The notes beneath the pieces were generated by a model. That model saw nothing but the letters and a program-made list of their open reading frames with translations. It was not told the DNA's origin and did not search any database. Source: an uncultured Chloroflexia bacterium (GTDB taxonomy: Bacteria; Chloroflexota; Limnocylindria; Limnocylindrales; CSP1-4). Taken from it: 64,000 bases of DNA. The stretch covers positions 224,001 through 288,000 of the forward strand of contig CAVVYR010000007.1 of the NCBI GenBank assembly GCA_963752475.1, in the 5' to 3' direction. Both the position numbers and the translations under genes were made by a program. Numbering within the stretch: position 1 is the first letter of the stretch; every line of letters begins with the position of its first letter. This document shows positions 40,111 through 50,265 of this stretch, one piece after another.

Positions 40111-41121
40111 CTACGGGAGGTAGAGCTCCACCTCGATGAAGTAGTCATCGTCGAAGGTGCCCGGGAACTCGACGTTCAGCTCCACGGCCGGCTGGCTGGG
40201 CGCAGTGGATCCCGTCTGGATCGCGTCGCTGCCGCTGGCGCAGCCGTCGCAGATGTTGACGTCTGGCTCTGTGTACTGGTCGTCGGCGCCCGTCGTCGCC
40301 AGCCGATACCAAGAGTGGACGTCGCCGGACTGGCTGGTGATCCCGAGGCCGTTCGGGCCGGTGAAGCGCGGACCCGAGATGGTGTGCTGATCCTTGTCCC
40401 AGGCTGCGAAATCCCGGGGCCACGCCGGCTGGTGGGTGGTGGGGTACAGGCCCATCTCGACGATATCGCCGGCATCGGGCCCGTTGCCGTCAGTGTCGAC
40501 CAGCTGGGCGATCATCACGTCGCCCGCATCAGGGACCTGGTTCTTGTTGAGGTCCGCGTAGGCGATGGCGATCACGTGGGTCAGGTCGATCGGTACGGGC
40601 TGAGGCTCAGGGGACTGGGGTGGCGACGGCAGCAACGGCAGCAACGGCAGTTCGCAGTTCACTCTCGGCGCTCTGCCTGCGTTCTGGAAGCAGCGGTCTG
40701 TTCCGGGGCCGCCGTCGAGGCCATCGTTGCCGGCCCGTCCGACTACCAGGTCGTCGCCCACGCCGCCGAAGAGCTGGTCGGGGCCCTTGCCCCCGAAGAG
40801 GCGGTCGCTGCCGGCGTTGCCGTAGATGCGATCGAGCCCACGGTTGCCCGCGATGCGGTCATCACCGAGCCCACCGCAGATGAGGTCGTTGCCACCACGC
40901 CCGAGGATGATGTCGTCACCCGGGCCCGCGGCGATGATGTCGCGCCCGTTGGTGCCCCGGATGATGTCGTCACCAGGCGTTCCGCTGATCGTGGCCTCGG
41001 CTCCGCGGCACATGGGGTCGGCAGCGGCCGTCGGCATAGCCACCATGGCAGCAGCGAGCGTGGTCAGCAGAGCGGCACTCGTCACCATCGCTGTGCTGCG
41101 GCGGAGTCGGCTCATCCTCAT
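40111..41121 (-). CDS. Secreted RTX/hemolysin-type Ca-binding repeat protein (paralog 1)
   Basis: GGxGxD nonapeptides; RR-containing signal; C-domain shared with 54412..55344. Confidence 0.85.
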   Translation of the reverse strand: MRMSRLRRSTAMVTSAALLTTLAAAMVAMPTAAADPMCRGAEATISGTPGDDIIRGTNGRDIIAAGPGDDIILGRGGNDLICGGLGDDRIAGNRGLDRIYGNAGSDRLFGGKGPDQLFGGVGDDLVVGRAGNDGLDGGPGTDRCFQNAGRAPRVNCELPLLPLLPSPPQSPEPQPVPIDLTHVIAIAYADLNKNQVPDAGDVMIAQLVDTDGNGPDAGDIVEMGLYPTTHQPAWPRDFAAWDKDQHTISGPRFTGPNGLGITSQSGDVHSWYRLATTGADDQYTEPDVNICDGCASGSDAIQTGSTAPSQPAVELNVEFPGTFDDDYFIEVELYLP

Positions 41122-41169
41122 CAGGTAGTGGTCCTCCCTCTGTGGCCTGCGCGAAGGGGATGGGCGCGA

Positions 41170-41212
41170 GACCGTATGAGGAAAGGTACAGCGTCGCAGT
41201 AGGTATTACCAG
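41170..41212 (-). promoter_or_regulatory. Conserved upstream element of the RTX paralogs
   Basis: CTGGTAAT-N16-TACCTTTCCTC..ACGGTC, also at 55374-55415. Confidence 0.6.
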
Positions 41213-41364
41213 TCCGCCGCGCTCCGGCAGAGACGGCGCAGCCTGCCCCGCGACGCATCGTCGATGCACAGCGATGCGGTTCGCGTCGTCGCGGTCGCGC
41301 GCCGGTGACCAGACGCGGGGCAGGAGCCGTTGGGGTCGTCGGCTGGCGTGAGTACGACTGACCT

Positions 41365-41760
41365 TTACCGGGTGATCGAGTCGACCGTCGCCAGCGGCAC
41401 CACGTCCCGAGCAGCCCTGGCGAGCCGTTCGTCCACGGTGATGAAGGCGTCGGCCTGAAGGGTCGTCAGCGCGATGTACTCGGCGTCGTACGTCGCGGGC
41501 CAGTCGAGTCGGTCGGCGAGCTCCCAGGCCACACGCTGCATGACTGCGTCCCCAAGCAGCCGCATCCGGAGCCCACGGATGTAGGTCAGGCGCTGACGCG
41601 CGGCCTCGGCCTCAAGCTCCCCTCGATGGACGTCTTCGTGAAGCATCGACAGGACATGTGACCGACTCGAGCTCGGCGCGAGCAGCTCGTGCTCGTCGCT
41701 GATGAGCGCGCCGGACTCCGCCAGGTACAACAGGGCAGTGTGGTGAACGACGAAGCGCAT
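41365..41760 (-). CDS. PIN-domain (VapC-like) protein
   Basis: AWELA....TYDAEYIAL....AFITVD; first-strand Asp replaced by His. Confidence 0.75.
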   Translation of the reverse strand: MRFVVHHTALLYLAESGALISDEHELLAPSSSRSHVLSMLHEDVHRGELEAEAARQRLTYIRGLRMRLLGDAVMQRVAWELADRLDWPATYDAEYIALTTLQADAFITVDERLARAARDVVPLATVDSITR

Positions 41761-41941
41761 CGCCCCAGTCTATGGTGACCTTGCCTCCGATCCGACAGGC
41801 CACGCCGGTGCTGCGATCGGAGCAGCAGCCGCCCGGATCGATGGTCGCAGGGAGTACGACTCGACCGACAGACTACGCGTGGCGTCCCCGAAGAAGCCCT
41901 CCGGCTCTTGACTCGCTGAGCCGAACGGCGAGCATGAGTCG

Positions 41942-42187
41942 TTGTCAGGAGGTGACCTCACCTTGACTTCGCGTGACGCGCGACCCCCGCGGCTTGATCG
42001 CACGATCCGCGCTCTGCGCCGCTATCTGTGGCTCTTCGATGGCAACGTCCGAACTGACCGCAGCCGAGCGGGTAGGGGTTTCTACGTCGGTGGGCCTCCG
42101 GTGTCGTGGAGGTTCTTCCTGATCGTTGGCCTCGTGGGCGTCCTTCTGGCCCTGGCCCTCAGCATGCTCGGGCTAGCCCCGTCATAG
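41942..42187 (+). CDS. Possible small membrane protein
   Basis: C-terminal TM helix; start uncertain. Confidence 0.4.
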   Translation: MSGGDLTLTSRDARPPRLDRTIRALRRYLWLFDGNVRTDRSRAGRGFYVGGPPVSWRFFLIVGLVGVLLALALSMLGLAPS

Positions 42188-42205
42188 GGGCACGGGGCTC
42201 GGTCG

Positions 42206-42868
42206 CTAGCGTTCCAAGGCGGCGACGCCGACGCCGACGGGGCAAGCCACGCCGGTACCGTGGTCCGGACAGTAGCCGCCCGGAGTCTTGCTCAGGTACT
42301 GCTGGTGGTAGGGCTCGGCGTAGTAGAACTCGCCGGCTTCGACGATCTCGGTGGTGATGTCGCCGTAGCCGGCTTTGCGCAGCTGTGCCTGATACGCGTC
42401 ACGTGAGGCCGCGGCCGTCACTCGATCCTCATCGGAACCGACCATGATCAGCGAGCGGTACTGCGTGCCCTGATCGTTGCCCTGGCGCATGCCCTGGGTC
42501 GGGTCGTGGTGCTCCCAGAAGACCTTGAGCAGTTGCTCGTAGCTCACGCGCCCCGGGTCGTACACCACGAGCACGACCTCCGCGTGGCCGGTCTTGCCGC
42601 TGCAGACTTCCTCGTAGGTGGGGTTCGGGGTGTAGCCGCCGGCGTACCCGACCGCCGTCGAGATGACGCCTTCGGTCTGCCAGAAGTCCTTCTCGGCGCC
42701 CCAGAAGCAGCCGAGTCCGAAGATCGCGGTTCGCGCACCATCGGGCCAGGGCGGTGTCAGCGAGGAGCCGTTGACGTGGTGCGGCTCATCGATGGAGATC
42801 GATTCGGCCCGGCCAGGGAGGGCGTCCTTGGGATCGGGCATGGCGGAGGGTCGTCGGAAGAGGAACAT
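42206..42868 (-). CDS. msrA: Peptide-methionine (S)-S-oxide reductase
   Basis: [32 protein letters not shown]. Confidence 0.96.
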   Translation of the reverse strand: MFLFRRPSAMPDPKDALPGRAESISIDEPHHVNGSSLTPPWPDGARTAIFGLGCFWGAEKDFWQTEGVISTAVGYAGGYTPNPTYEEVCSGKTGHAEVVLVVYDPGRVSYEQLLKVFWEHHDPTQGMRQGNDQGTQYRSLIMVGSDEDRVTAAASRDAYQAQLRKAGYGDITTEIVEAGEFYYAEPYHQQYLSKTPGGYCPDHGTGVACPVGVGVAALER

Positions 42869-42959
42869 GCCGCCATGGTAGTGCCGCCTCGTCACGGCGC
42901 CATGACGTCCGGCCGGCGCGCTACCATTCCTGCGAGCCACCAACAGGAAGGAGCCAGGA

Positions 42960-43325
42960 TTGTCCTCTGAGGGCCTGTCTGAAGATCCCAAGGTCTACCG
43001 CGAGCGGCTGAACGAGCAGCCGGACGAGCAGATCGATGCCTGGATGATCGAGTTCATGCGCGACATGTCCATCCGTCGCGGCGTGCTTCCGGTGCTGGCC
43101 GACTTCCGCAAGGCCACCGGCTTCGGTGATGCCGACATCGAGCGCGCGTTCACCGCCGGGGGAGGGGCGCCTGCGACCATCGGCCGCACGAAGGACGGCG
43201 AGTTGATGGTGCCGGCCATCTCACTGCACTTCCTCGTTCCCGGCCTTCGTTCCCGTTCACCGAAGGCCCGCGAGCAGGAGATCGACTTCCTCGTCGAGGG
43301 CTTCCACGACGTCGTCTACATCTAG
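42960..43325 (+). CDS. Hypothetical protein
   Basis: AAGGAG RBS, TTG start, GC3-biased codons. Confidence 0.7.
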   Translation: MSSEGLSEDPKVYRERLNEQPDEQIDAWMIEFMRDMSIRRGVLPVLADFRKATGFGDADIERAFTAGGGAPATIGRTKDGELMVPAISLHFLVPGLRSRSPKAREQEIDFLVEGFHDVVYI

Positions 43326-43333
43326 ACGCCAGG

Positions 43334-43740
43334 GCTACCCGCTCGGGTCTACCCACATAGCGGGTCACTGGGCCAAGCGGGCGTCCTTCGTTCTCCATCG
43401 CACCCGCGGCGAGGGTGAAACGGCCAGCTGCTGGCGATGTGACCCGTGCCATGGGTAGAACAGCGCACGGCGCCGGCCCTGAGGGCTGCTGCTTGGCCCA
43501 GTGACCCACCCCGCGGGTAGGCCTCGCCCAGTCACCCACGGCGCCGGCCCTGAGGGCTGCTGCTTGGCCCAGTGACCCACCCCGCGGGTAGGCCTCGCCC
43601 AGTCACCCACGGCGCGGGTAGGCCTCGCCCAGTCACCCACGGCGCGGGTAGGCCCCGGCTCGGGTCTACCGACACGGCGCGTGGCTGGGCCCCGGGCCCC
43701 GGCTCGGGTCTACCGACACGGCGCGTGGCTGGGCCCTGGA
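43334..43740. repeat. Compound tandem REP/BIME-like repeat between convergent genes
   Basis: 71-bp unit at 43466 and 43537; 30-bp subunit at 43608 and 43638; gccccggctcgggtctaccgacacggcgcgtggctgggccc x2. Confidence 0.85.
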
Positions 43741-43758
43741 CCTGCCCACGCCGCAGAG

Positions 43759-44247
43759 CTAGCTCGGCGGCCCGTCGTCGATGCGGCGGTCGTCGCCGAC
43801 GGAGCGTGCGCTCGCGACCCGGGTCTTGTCCGAGCGCGCCATCTTGGCCTCACGCTGCAGCATCTTGAGGATGCCCTCGACATCGCTGCGCAGCGCCCGG
43901 TCGCGGATCCTGTCGGTCCAGGACGCGCCGCTGACGGCCTCACGCTTGTCGATGTCGACATCGATGTAGCCGAGGTCCGGGTCGTCCTCGTCGACGTCGT
44001 CGAAGACGACGCGCATGACGATGAAGTGGCCGCTCGCGAGCTGCCACGCCGCCACGAACGAGTCGCCCTCAGCGACCTTCCAGCGGATGACGTGGCGCCG
44101 CGCCTCAAGGCGTCCTTCGGCGGGCAGCCCCTTGTAGTCCTCGCGTCGGATCTCGATGCCGCCGTGTCCGGTGAAGTAACGGTATAGCAGGTAGCCGAGG
44201 ACGAGAGCAGCGATCAGGTAGAGCAGCTCGTTGGGGATGTAGGGCAT
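43759..44247 (-). CDS. Hypothetical membrane-anchored protein
   Basis: N-terminal TM helix; GC3-biased codons. Confidence 0.7.
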   Translation of the reverse strand: MPYIPNELLYLIAALVLGYLLYRYFTGHGGIEIRREDYKGLPAEGRLEARRHVIRWKVAEGDSFVAAWQLASGHFIVMRVVFDDVDEDDPDLGYIDVDIDKREAVSGASWTDRIRDRALRSDVEGILKMLQREAKMARSDKTRVASARSVGDDRRIDDGPPS

Positions 44248-44277
44248 GGCGAGAGGAGAGCGTAGCGCCTCCGCCGA

Positions 44278-45432
44278 TTACTTCTCGGCCGCAGGAGCCT
44301 CGTGAGTGGCCTCGTGCGCGTCCCACTTCGCGGCCAGCTGACGAGCCAGCGGCTGGCTTGCGCCGTGGGCATCCCCGGCGCGGACGACCGCGATGGCGTT
44401 CTCGAGCTTGATCTTGGCCAGCGTCAGGTGCTTGGCGAAGAGCTGCCGCTCGATCGATGAGGCCTCGGCGAGCGCAGGATCGGTGGTCAGCGCATCCACC
44501 AGGTCGGCCACGGCCTGCTCCAGGTGCCCGGCCGCATCGTCGATGGTGGGATCGTCCACGGCCAGTCCCTCGGGCTCGATGGGGATGGCCACGTACGCCG
44601 CCTGCTGTGGCTCTTCGACCTCGATCGCAGCCTCGACCGCGGCCTCGTTCAGCGTCTCCCACTCGACATCGGCCATGGGCTCGGGCTCGGCGGCCAGCTC
44701 GGCTTGCTGCTCGAGCTCGGCGTCTCGCCTCGCCTGTGCCTCGATACGCCTGCGCAGCTTCACCAGGCTCAGCTCGCCCGAGGCGACCTGCTTGGCCAGG
44801 CGGCGTCGTCGCCGCGGATCTTCCACCTTCATCAGCTCGTAGGCGTGCGAGAGCGTGTCGCGGCGGACCGCCACTAGCTCGCGAACGTCATCAGGAGCGT
44901 CTACCAGGCGCAGTCGGTTCTCAAGGTAGCCCTTGTCCTTGCCCAGCTTGGTCGCCAGCTTGCGCAGGCTGTAGCCGTGTTCCTTGGTCATGCGCTCGAA
45001 CATCTCGGCTTCCTCGAGCGGAGAGATGTCCTCGCGCTGGAGGTTCTCGATGATGCCGATCTCGAGCGCGGCCTCTTCGTCGAGGTCCTCGATGATCACG
45101 GGGATCTCGGTCAGGCCGGCCATCTTCGCCGCCCGCCAGCGACGCTCGCCGGCCACGATCTGGTACCGCCCCTCGTCATAGGGACGGACGAGCACCGGCT
45201 GCAGCACACCGTGCTCACGGATCGACGCGGCGAGGTCGGCCAGCGCCTCCTCGTCGAAGTGCTGGCGCGGCTGATCGGGGTTGGAGTCGATACGGTCGAC
45301 CGGCATGCGGCGCACGTCCCTGACCGTTCCCGGCTCGTCCGGCTTGAGGAGGTCGATGAGGGCGGGGGTGTAGCCGGTGCGCTCGGTCGCGAGACGCGCA
45401 GCGGCCTGTGAACGGAAGTCTGGTCTAGCCAA
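44278..45432 (-). CDS. parB: ParB/Spo0J family protein
   Basis: [37 protein letters not shown]. Confidence 0.93.
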   Translation of the reverse strand: MARPDFRSQAAARLATERTGYTPALIDLLKPDEPGTVRDVRRMPVDRIDSNPDQPRQHFDEEALADLAASIREHGVLQPVLVRPYDEGRYQIVAGERRWRAAKMAGLTEIPVIIEDLDEEAALEIGIIENLQREDISPLEEAEMFERMTKEHGYSLRKLATKLGKDKGYLENRLRLVDAPDDVRELVAVRRDTLSHAYELMKVEDPRRRRRLAKQVASGELSLVKLRRRIEAQARRDAELEQQAELAAEPEPMADVEWETLNEAAVEAAIEVEEPQQAAYVAIPIEPEGLAVDDPTIDDAAGHLEQAVADLVDALTTDPALAEASSIERQLFAKHLTLAKIKLENAIAVVRAGDAHGASQPLARQLAAKWDAHEATHEAPAAEK

Positions 45433-46195
45433 GGTCGATCACCTCCTGTGCCAAGCCGCGATAGGCCTCGGCTGCGGCCGAACGGCGGGCGTACGACGTC
45501 ACGGGCTTTCCCGCCAGCGGTGCTTCCCCCAGTCGGACTGTCTGCTTGATGATGGCGTCGAAGACGTGGTAGTCACCGAGCTCGGACAGCTCCGCGAGCA
45601 TGTCCTTGGCCAGGTTGGTGCGGCCGTCGTAGAACGTCGGCAGGATGCCCATGATGCGAAGGCGCGAGTTGAGACCCTTGCCCTGGATCTGCGTCACGAG
45701 GTTGGCCAGCGCGCGGAAGCCCTTGAGGCTGTAGTACTGCGTCTGGACGGGGATGATCACGCTGTCCGCGGCCACCAGCGCGTTGATCGTGAGCAGGCCC
45801 AGCGTCGGCGGGCAGTCGATGATGACGTAGTCGTACTGCTTCTCGGCCCAGCCGTGGAGCACCTCGCGCATGGCGTGCTCGCGCCCGATGCTGCTGAAGA
45901 GCTGGTTCTCGGTGGCCGAAAGGTCGATGTCCGAAGGGGCCACGTCGACGTTCTCGGTCTCGGTGGTCTCGACGATGTCCTCGAGCGAGAGCGAGGCGTC
46001 GAGCAGCACGTTGGCGATCGAGATCTCGATGTCCTGGGCGTTGAGGCCGAGGCCGACGGTGAGGTTGGCCTGGGGGTCGAGGTCGACGCAGAGGACCTTC
46101 AGCCCCTGTTCGGCGAGCGCACCTGCGAGGTTGATGGAGGTCGTGGTCTTGCCCACGCCACCCTTCTGGTTGGCGATCGCGATGATCCGTGCCAA
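45425..46195 (-). CDS. parA: ParA/Soj family ATPase
   Basis: [25 protein letters not shown]. Confidence 0.95.
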   Translation of the reverse strand: MARIIAIANQKGGVGKTTTSINLAGALAEQGLKVLCVDLDPQANLTVGLGLNAQDIEISIANVLLDASLSLEDIVETTETENVDVAPSDIDLSATENQLFSSIGREHAMREVLHGWAEKQYDYVIIDCPPTLGLLTINALVAADSVIIPVQTQYYSLKGFRALANLVTQIQGKGLNSRLRIMGILPTFYDGRTNLAKDMLAELSELGDYHVFDAIIKQTVRLGEAPLAGKPVTSYARRSAAAEAYRGLAQEVIDLG

Positions 46196-46256
46196 GTTCG
46201 CTCTCCCAGTGATGCCGTGCGACGACTACGCGGCATTCCGCGCGAAGTCTACAGTA

Positions 46257-46276
46257 GTGGTGCGTCGACGCACCAC
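46257..46276. promoter_or_regulatory. Perfect 20-bp palindrome upstream of parA
   Basis: GTGGTGCGTCGACGCACCAC. Confidence 0.5.
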
Positions 46277-46445
46277 CCTGTCCGTACGGCGCGGCCACGC
46301 GTGGAGACAGCGCTTCGAGCCGCGCGGGGTCGGTGGTCGGTGCCGCCAGCTCGCGGGCCGCTTGCCACTGAACGGGCGAAGGCGACGAGTTCGTCAGTGG
46401 CTGGCCGGCAACGCCCGCTGGACTGACTCGGACGGTCGGCAAGCA

Positions 46446-46501
46446 ACGGCAACTCGGCTCGGCCCAGTCGAATACGGCAACTTGGCTCGGCCCAGTCGAA
46501 T
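46446..46501. repeat. 28-bp tandem duplication
   Basis: acggcaact(c/t)ggctcggcccagtcgaat x2. Confidence 0.8.
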
Positions 46502-46606
46502 GGCGCCGCGATCGGCGTGCGCGGCAAGACCCGCCAGCGGTACCGACACGGGCGGCGCTACGATGCATCGGCCATGGGGAGGCGATAGAGCGGAGGAGAG
46601 CCAAGG

Positions 46607-48160
46607 GTGAGCGACAACCGGGCGCAGATCGACCATCTCCACGAGCTGCGTGCCGAGTCGCGCCTCGGCGGCGGGCAGGTCCGCATCGACAAGCAGCACG
46701 AGAAGGGCAAGCTCACCGCGCGCGAGCGCCTGGAGCTGCTGCTGGACCCCGAGTCGTTCGTCGAGTTCGACGCCTTCGTCACGCACCGCTCGCGCGACTT
46801 CGGCCTCGAGAAGCAGAAGTACCTCGGCGACGGCGTGGTCACCGGCCACGGCAAGATCGACGGCCGGCTCGTGTTCGTCTTCAGCCAGGACTTCACCGTC
46901 TTCGGCGGCTCGCTCAGCGAGACCCACGCCGAGAAGATCTGCAAGGTCATGGATCTCGCGTCGAAGGTCGGCGCCCCGCTCATCGGGCTCAACGACTCAG
47001 GCGGCGCTCGCATCCAGGAGGGCGTGGAGTCGCTCGGCGGCTATGCCGACATCTTCCTGCGCAACGTCATGTCGTCGGGCGTCATCCCGCAGATCTCGCT
47101 GATCATGGGTCCGTGCGCCGGCGGTGCCGTCTACTCGCCGGCCATGACCGACTTCACGATGATGGTCGAGGGCACGAGCTACATGTTCGTGACCGGCCCC
47201 GGCGTGGTGAAGACGGTCACGCACGAGGATGTCGACTTCGAGCACCTCGGCGGTGCCTCGGTCCACACGTCCATCAGCGGAGTGGCCCACTACGCGGCGC
47301 CTGACGAAGGGGCACTCCTCGCGAGTGCGCGGCGTCTGCTCGGCCACCTGCCGCAGAACAACACCCAGGAAGCGCCGCGCGTGGCCACCGCCGACCCACG
47401 AGACCGCCGCGAGCCTGAGCTCGACGAGATCATCCCCGAGTCCTCGTCCCAGCCGTATGACATGCACGAGGTCATCGGTCGCATCGTCGACCACGGCGAG
47501 TTCCTCGAGTTGCAGCCGGCGTGGGCGGGCAACATCATCATCGGCTTCGCCCGACTCGATGGGCGTTCGGTCGGCGTGGTCGCGCAGCAGCCGTCGGTGC
47601 TGGCCGGCGCGCTCGACATCGACGCGTCGGACAAGGCCGCCCGTTTCGTCCGCACCTGCGACGCCTTCAATGTGCCGCTGCTGACCATCGAGGACGTGCC
47701 GGGCTTCCTCCCGGGCGTGTCCCAGGAGCACGGCGGCATCATCCGCCACGGGGCCAAGCTGCTCTACGCCTACTGCGAGGCCACGGTCCCGAAGGTCACG
47801 GTCATCACGCGCAAGGCCTACGGCGGCGCCTACGACGTGATGAGCAGCAAGCACGTCCGCGGCGATGTGAACCTGGCCTGGCCGACCGCACGCATCGCGG
47901 TCATGGGCGCGGAGGGCGCGGTCGGCATCCTCTACCGCGATGAGCTGGCCGAGGCCGAGGACAAGGATGCCGAGCGCGCCCGCCTCACGGCCGAGTACGA
48001 GGAGGCGTTCGCCAACCCCTACGTCGCCGCCGGCCGCGGCTACCTCGACGACGTCATCGTCCCGTCGGAAACGCGACCGCGCGTCATCGATGCCTTCGAG
48101 ATGCTCGAGGGCAAGCGCGACGACCAGCCGCGTCGCAAGCACGGCAACATCCCCCTGTGA
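46607..48160 (+). CDS. pccB: Acyl-CoA (probably propionyl-CoA) carboxylase, carboxyltransferase subunit
   Basis: [46 protein letters not shown]. Confidence 0.92.
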   Translation: MSDNRAQIDHLHELRAESRLGGGQVRIDKQHEKGKLTARERLELLLDPESFVEFDAFVTHRSRDFGLEKQKYLGDGVVTGHGKIDGRLVFVFSQDFTVFGGSLSETHAEKICKVMDLASKVGAPLIGLNDSGGARIQEGVESLGGYADIFLRNVMSSGVIPQISLIMGPCAGGAVYSPAMTDFTMMVEGTSYMFVTGPGVVKTVTHEDVDFEHLGGASVHTSISGVAHYAAPDEGALLASARRLLGHLPQNNTQEAPRVATADPRDRREPELDEIIPESSSQPYDMHEVIGRIVDHGEFLELQPAWAGNIIIGFARLDGRSVGVVAQQPSVLAGALDIDASDKAARFVRTCDAFNVPLLTIEDVPGFLPGVSQEHGGIIRHGAKLLYAYCEATVPKVTVITRKAYGGAYDVMSSKHVRGDVNLAWPTARIAVMGAEGAVGILYRDELAEAEDKDAERARLTAEYEEAFANPYVAAGRGYLDDVIVPSETRPRVIDAFEMLEGKRDDQPRRKHGNIPL

Positions 48161-48191
48161 TCGAGTCTTTGCGCAAAGACGGGGCGGGGCA

Positions 48192-49721
48192 GTGACGCCG
48201 CCCTTCCGCCGGCTGCTCGTGGCCAATCGTGGCGAGATCGCCGTGCGCATCTTCCGCACCTGCCGGGAGCTGGGCATCGAGACGGTCGCGGTCTACTCCG
48301 ATGCCGACGCGGGAGCCCTGCATGTCCGCCTGGCCGACCGAGCAGTGCGCCTGGGTCCCGCACCGGCGCCCGAGTCCTACCTGCGGGCCGATGCCATCAT
48401 CGAGGCCGCTGTCGCGACCGGTGCCGAGGCCGTCCACCCCGGCTACGGGTTCCTCTCAGAGCAGTCGACGTTCGGGGCGGCGGTGGAGGCGGCAGGCCTC
48501 GCGTTCGTGGGGCCGACGCCCGACACGTTGGCCTCGCTCGGTGACAAGCTCGAGGCGCGTGCGACGGCCATCGCCGCCGGTGTGCCGATCGTGCCGGGCA
48601 TGTTCGACCCGTTGCCCACCGGCGATGAGGCCGCCGTGACGCTCATCGAGGAGTCGGCCGCGGACATCGGCTATCCGCTGCTCATCAAGGCCGCTGCTGG
48701 TGGTGGCGGACGTGGCATGCGTCGCGTCGACGAGGCCGGGGAGCTATCGGCAGCCGTGTTCGCCGCAGCCCGCGAGTCGGAGCAGGCCTTCGGCGATGGC
48801 TCGGTGTATCTGGAACGGCTGGTCGAGGGCGGACGCCACATCGAGGTCCAACTGCTGGGCGATGCCGCGGGGGCCGTCGTGGCCCTGGGCGAGCGCGATT
48901 GCTCCACCCAGCGGCGCCACCAGAAGCTCGTGGAGGAAGCGCCGGCACCCGGTCTGAGCCAGGCCCAGCGTGAGGAGCTCCACCGGCTGGCGGTAAGGGT
49001 GGCCAGGCAGGTCGGGCTGCGTAACGCCGCCACGGCCGAGTTCCTCTACGCTGCCGATGGTTCGTTCTACTTCCTCGAGGTCAACGCGCGGCTGCAGGTC
49101 GAGCACGGCGTCACCGAGCTCGTCAGCGGCCTCGACCTCGTCCGCGAGCAGCTCTTCATCGCCGCCGGTCGGCCACTGTCGCCAGAGGTGCTCGCCGCCG
49201 CCGAGCGTGCCGCTACCCCCGATCGCCACGCCATCGAGCTACGCATCAGCGCCGAGGATCCCGCGCGCGAGTTCATGCCCGTGCCGGGTCTCGTCACCCG
49301 CTGGCGTGAGCCGGCCGGACCCGGTGTGCGCATGGACTCCGGCCTGGAGCAGGGCTGGCTGGTACCCGGCGACTACGACCCCATGCTCTCGAAGGTGCTG
49401 GCCGTGGCACCCGATCGCGAGCGCTGCCTCGCCCGTGCCCGCCGGGCGGTCGATGAGTTCGAGACCGGTGGCGTGCAGACGACGCTGCCGTTCCATGCCT
49501 GGCTGCTGGCCCATCCCGAGTTCACCGAGGCGCGTCTGCGGACCGACATGATCGCGCGCGACTGGGATCCGGGGCCATTGCGAGCTGCCGCGGCCGAGCG
49601 TGCCGCTGACGCCGTCACCCGCCACGTCAGCCGTGTCGAGGCGGGCTCGGACGGCGGCTCCGAGGCACCCGGTCCCTGCGCCGATCCAGCGCATGGCTGG
49701 AAGCCGGAGCCCTGGGCATGA
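48192..49721 (+). CDS. Biotin carboxylase subunit
   Basis: LVANRGEIAVR, HPGYGFLSE, GGGGRGMR, RDCSTQRRHQK, EVNARLQVEH. Confidence 0.94.
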   Translation: MTPPFRRLLVANRGEIAVRIFRTCRELGIETVAVYSDADAGALHVRLADRAVRLGPAPAPESYLRADAIIEAAVATGAEAVHPGYGFLSEQSTFGAAVEAAGLAFVGPTPDTLASLGDKLEARATAIAAGVPIVPGMFDPLPTGDEAAVTLIEESAADIGYPLLIKAAAGGGGRGMRRVDEAGELSAAVFAAARESEQAFGDGSVYLERLVEGGRHIEVQLLGDAAGAVVALGERDCSTQRRHQKLVEEAPAPGLSQAQREELHRLAVRVARQVGLRNAATAEFLYAADGSFYFLEVNARLQVEHGVTELVSGLDLVREQLFIAAGRPLSPEVLAAAERAATPDRHAIELRISAEDPAREFMPVPGLVTRWREPAGPGVRMDSGLEQGWLVPGDYDPMLSKVLAVAPDRERCLARARRAVDEFETGGVQTTLPFHAWLLAHPEFTEARLRTDMIARDWDPGPLRAAAAERAADAVTRHVSRVEAGSDGGSEAPGPCADPAHGWKPEPWA

Positions 49722-50200
49722 TCGATCATCGCGGCCACCTGCAACTGCACATCGATGGCGTCACCGACGAGGCCTATCACCGGGACCCGGCGGAGGTCGG
49801 GCCGCCCCAGGGCCGCCAGCCGGAGGTGCGGGTGCTGCCGCAGACGGCCGATGACCGCGCTGCCGGCATCCATCGCTACGAGACCACCGTCGATGGCTGG
49901 GTCTTCGAGGTCGGTGTCGAGGACGAGCCGCGCGCACTGTTGCGCCAGAAGGCGGGGCAGGGCGCCGGCGCCGGCGGCCGCAAGGGCAGCGATACCATCC
50001 GCGCCCAGATCCCCGGGCGTGTCGTCCGGCTGTGGGTGGCCGAAGGCGACGTGGTCGAGGCCGGTCAGCGGCTGCTGGCCATCGAGGCCATGAAGATGGA
50101 GAACGAGGTCCACGCTCCGCACGCCGGCACGGTCGAGTCGATCGCCGTCGAGGCTGGCAGCAGCGTCGAGCTCCGAGATGAGCTCCTGCGGCTGGCCTAG
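49718..50200 (+). CDS. Biotin carboxyl carrier protein
   Basis: EAMKMENE biotinylation motif. Confidence 0.93.
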   Translation: MIDHRGHLQLHIDGVTDEAYHRDPAEVGPPQGRQPEVRVLPQTADDRAAGIHRYETTVDGWVFEVGVEDEPRALLRQKAGQGAGAGGRKGSDTIRAQIPGRVVRLWVAEGDVVEAGQRLLAIEAMKMENEVHAPHAGTVESIAVEAGSSVELRDELLRLA

Positions 50201-50265
50201 CTTGAGGTGTACCCGGCCACGAGAGGTCGTCCCTAGGTCGAGTTGGCCGCACCCTCCGCGTCGGA

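Noticed and set aside
43334-43740. Possible CRISPR array
   Set aside because: Units are contiguous or nested with no unique spacers, and there are no cas genes in the window.
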